This document shows, in pieces, positions 61,056-64,000 of a stretch of DNA of 64,000 nucleotides. The notes below the pieces were generated by a model. That model was not told where the DNA came from, ran no database searches, and saw only the letters and a list, made by a program, of their open reading frames with translations. The number at the start of each line of letters is the position of its first letter. Position 1 is the first letter of the stretch. The position numbers were made by a program, and so were the translations under genes. Source of the stretch: Octopus bimaculoides (lineage: Eukaryota); assembly GCF_001194135.2 (NCBI RefSeq), contig NC_068984.1, positions 87,314,051 to 87,378,050 of the forward strand. The letters are read 5' to 3'.

Positions 61056-62656
61056 ATTATACTTATGCATATCAAAATATATAAATCTATAAAAACCAAG
61101 CAACAATGCTGTCTGAAGTAAAATAAATTCATTTTTGCATCATCTGCTACTCACTAAAAGAGAACATATAACTAGAATGAAATTCTCTCCTTTTGTCATC
61201 TTTCAATCACCCATCTCTTTCAAACTGTTTCAATTCTTTATTCTGTTTGCAGCAGTTTCTTCATATTTTAAAGCATGGTTCCTGAAAAGTGAAAACATTT
61301 CTTCTTTACAAATACAAAATGGTACTTTTTTAAACTTGAAGTAGCATGATTAGACGCGGAGACTGATTAATAGAGCCTTCATGAACAGCTTCATGAACAG
61401 CTGAACATCACTTTTAAGTATATGTATGTATGTATGTATGTATGTGTGTGCGTATATATATATATAGGTGTGTGTGAGAAAGAAGTATGGTATAGTTGTC
61501 AGAACAATCAGGAATGAAAAGAGAAGAAAAAGGACAAGTAAAATGCAGTTGCCTTTGAACTCAACACATTTGTCTTTACTTCTTTGTCATTGATTTTCGC
61601 ACAAGTTTAATCCCCCCCCCCACACACACACACATAACAGAACAGCTTATTGATATTCTTACACAGATCTCCAAAGTTACTCAAAACAACAATTGCTTTA
61701 AGCGATTTGATTGTACGTATTTACCTGGTGTTCTGAATAAGATGTCAGTTCCGACATGCATATAAACACGACTCTGATAGTGATTTATAACTTATAACAG
61801 TTAAGAATCCTTATAAGTTAGAAATGTTGATGTTACAAACCATTAATAGAACAGCTTATATATACACACATCGGAACTGATAACATATTCGTTTGACAAT
61901 CTACGATGGCGAAGGTGCAATAAGAAATCGCCTTTGCTAAATGCGAACAATTTTAATCAATGTCTGCATGTGAAGACTGAAAAGTGATGATGCATTGTTA
62001 TCTGCAACGAATCAGCGGATATTCCAAGGACAGTGGCTGAAAAAGCAATCTAGAATAAAATGTCAGATAAGAGACATATTGTATTCAATATTTTAATGAT
62101 TTATTTAGGTGTCTTACAGCAAAGTTTTGCGATACACTTTTTATGCATCTCAGTACCATGCTGTTTTTGATATTAATTGACATCTAAGCCAATCTCCACT
62201 TTTATTGTTTGTTATGATGTTGCTAGCTTATAAAACACCTATACGAATCAATAACACGTAAGAGTATTTACAGCAGCAGTCAACCATAACGATTAACGTT
62301 TCATTTGTTCCCAAGACTACAAAACACTGACTTTATCATACGTCAATGGTAACTATATCAGTTATTGCTTTACTTGTTTGTAGGGCAACAGAAAAAAGGA
62401 TAAAAAATCTATACAAATAAATTGTGAAGTGAAAGTTTCTCCAAATGTCTTAATGACTTGATGCTTGGACACAAAAATATGTACTTGTTTCATATGAGGT
62501 AGACCTCATATTTTAGTGGTTTAATTATTTTATGGAGTTAAGTAAATGTGTTGTAAATTCTAACTTGTAAATCTAACTGAAGTCGCTCAAACCGAATAAA
62601 ATATATTGATATACAGGCTGTCCTATAATGCTTATATCATATTTGTTGTTTAACAT

Positions 62657-63170
62657 CAGGGGTGGGGAAACTCCCACCCGCGGGCGCAATTGCGCCCTCG
62701 AGCACATTTTGATCCACTTGCAGGCCAATAAACTCGTATGTACAAAATATAATAAATTTTTCAATTATAAAATTTATATAATATTCATATGCCTATTTGC
62801 GACATATGTTGCGTTTTCACTTCGACTTAAAACGGTTAGACTCAAACAGAAATCGTCCAGTAATTGCCATTTGAATGGAAATTTTGTATTCACTATAAAA
62901 CATATATTGCTAGGTTTGTACTATCCCCTTGAGATCCAACTACACTCTAGCTGAAAAATATAGAATACCGCATAAGTAATATAAACGTTCTAAATTCAGT
63001 GGTGGTGTTAATGAAGATGTTACGCGTTAATATCTTTATTAATGTATATCGAATTATATATAGATGTATACAAGATTTACAAAAAAATAAGAGTTAGAGC
63101 TTGTTGTCCGCCCGCAGACCTTTTTCATTGGAAATTTTTGCCCGCCCCACTAAAAGTTTCCCCATCCCTG
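62657..63170. mobile_element. hAT MITE
   Basis: TIRs CAGGGGTGGGGAAACT and AGTTTCCCCATCCCTG; 8-bp flanks TTTAACAT and TTTTATAT (6/8 match). Confidence 0.82.
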
Positions 63171-63668
63171 TTTTATATCCATATTCCTTAACTAACATGA
63201 GTGGTAGGGACATTTTCATGTTTCAGTTGTTTACTCCAATGTAAGCTCTATGTAAGCAGAGATATGATGAAAAAGCGTTCAAAGCAGGGCTAACTAATCT
63301 TTATTTTGAGTAGTGTGCCTAGGTCTGTGTTATGCGATGTTCCTCTTTTAAAGACTGGTAAAGTATGATTTGGGGTGATTTAACCTACTATTTCTAGTAG
63401 TCTGATTGACTAGGTTAAGGGCTCTTAATTTGAGTGTTAACAGGGATATACTTCTCCTAGAGATAAACAATGTTGAATATCATCAGTTGGCAGCGACTCA
63501 ACTTCGGAATAATATTGTTTGCATTGGAAACGAAGAAACTTCTTGGTTTACTAGAAGCAGCCTTTAAATTTCTTTCTCTCAAAGTGCACTCTACCATCTC
63601 ATACAAGGAGAAGCCATGTTAAATAGTGTTGTCCTAAAAAGACAAAATGATCATAGCTGGAATGCCTT

Positions 63669-63995
63669 TGTAGTAACGCCTGCGCATGCGTAGTCTTACG
63701 CATGCGTAGAATTAATAAAGCAAGCGTTTCCCGCTCAATTCATTCTCTTTCACGCTGGCCAGCGATTGAGCATGGACGTGTGTTTAAAGCTGTCTCTACA
63801 TCTTTCGGTCTTATACTCGACAGCTCGTTATTCTCACCTCTAAAGATGTATAACTAAAAGATTTGTATGTTTATCACCTAAATAAATGTTGTTTGAGTTG
63901 TTTAGTCTGGAGTTCAGCGTTCCGTCTATTTCTTCAATTTTATAGTAGAAAGTCAGGTATACAATCTAAAGATGTATAACCCACTTTCTACTAAA
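63669..63995 (+). mobile_element. Solo LTR of the tRNA-Trp TRIM-like family
   Basis: TGTAGTAAC...CTACTAAA, reverse complement of the LTRs at 54016-55721; TSD CCTT at 63665-63668 and 63996-63999; AATAAA at about 63880. Confidence 0.9.
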
Positions 63996-64000
63996 CCTTT

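Overview
AT-rich, microsatellite-dense eukaryotic genomic DNA with many assembly gaps. The SINE/LINE repertoire points to a coleoid cephalopod, most likely Octopus; this is an inference with no database check. Two host genes are supported. One is the last two coding exons of an SLC16/monocarboxylate-transporter gene (+, 2379-2504 and 6253-6482). The other is a two-exon Mss4/RABIF-family gene (-, 33680-33576 and 22982-22524) that the ORF track misses as a unit, with about 50 extra residues inside the Mss4 fold. The rest is mostly transposon relics: Tc1/mariner, pogo, hAT, Helitron, an ISL2EU-like TIR element, RTE, CR1, Tx1-like and CRE-like LINEs, and several SINE families. The most striking structure is a non-coding LTR family with two full copies and one solo LTR, all with 4-bp TSDs and TG...AA/TA termini. 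Its leader carries a polarised stack of tRNA-Trp primer-binding-site cassettes, and the newest cassette copies about 32 nt of mature tRNA-Trp including CCA, well beyond the usual 18-nt PBS. All homology calls come from motifs recognised by eye, and boundaries of degenerate relics are approximate.
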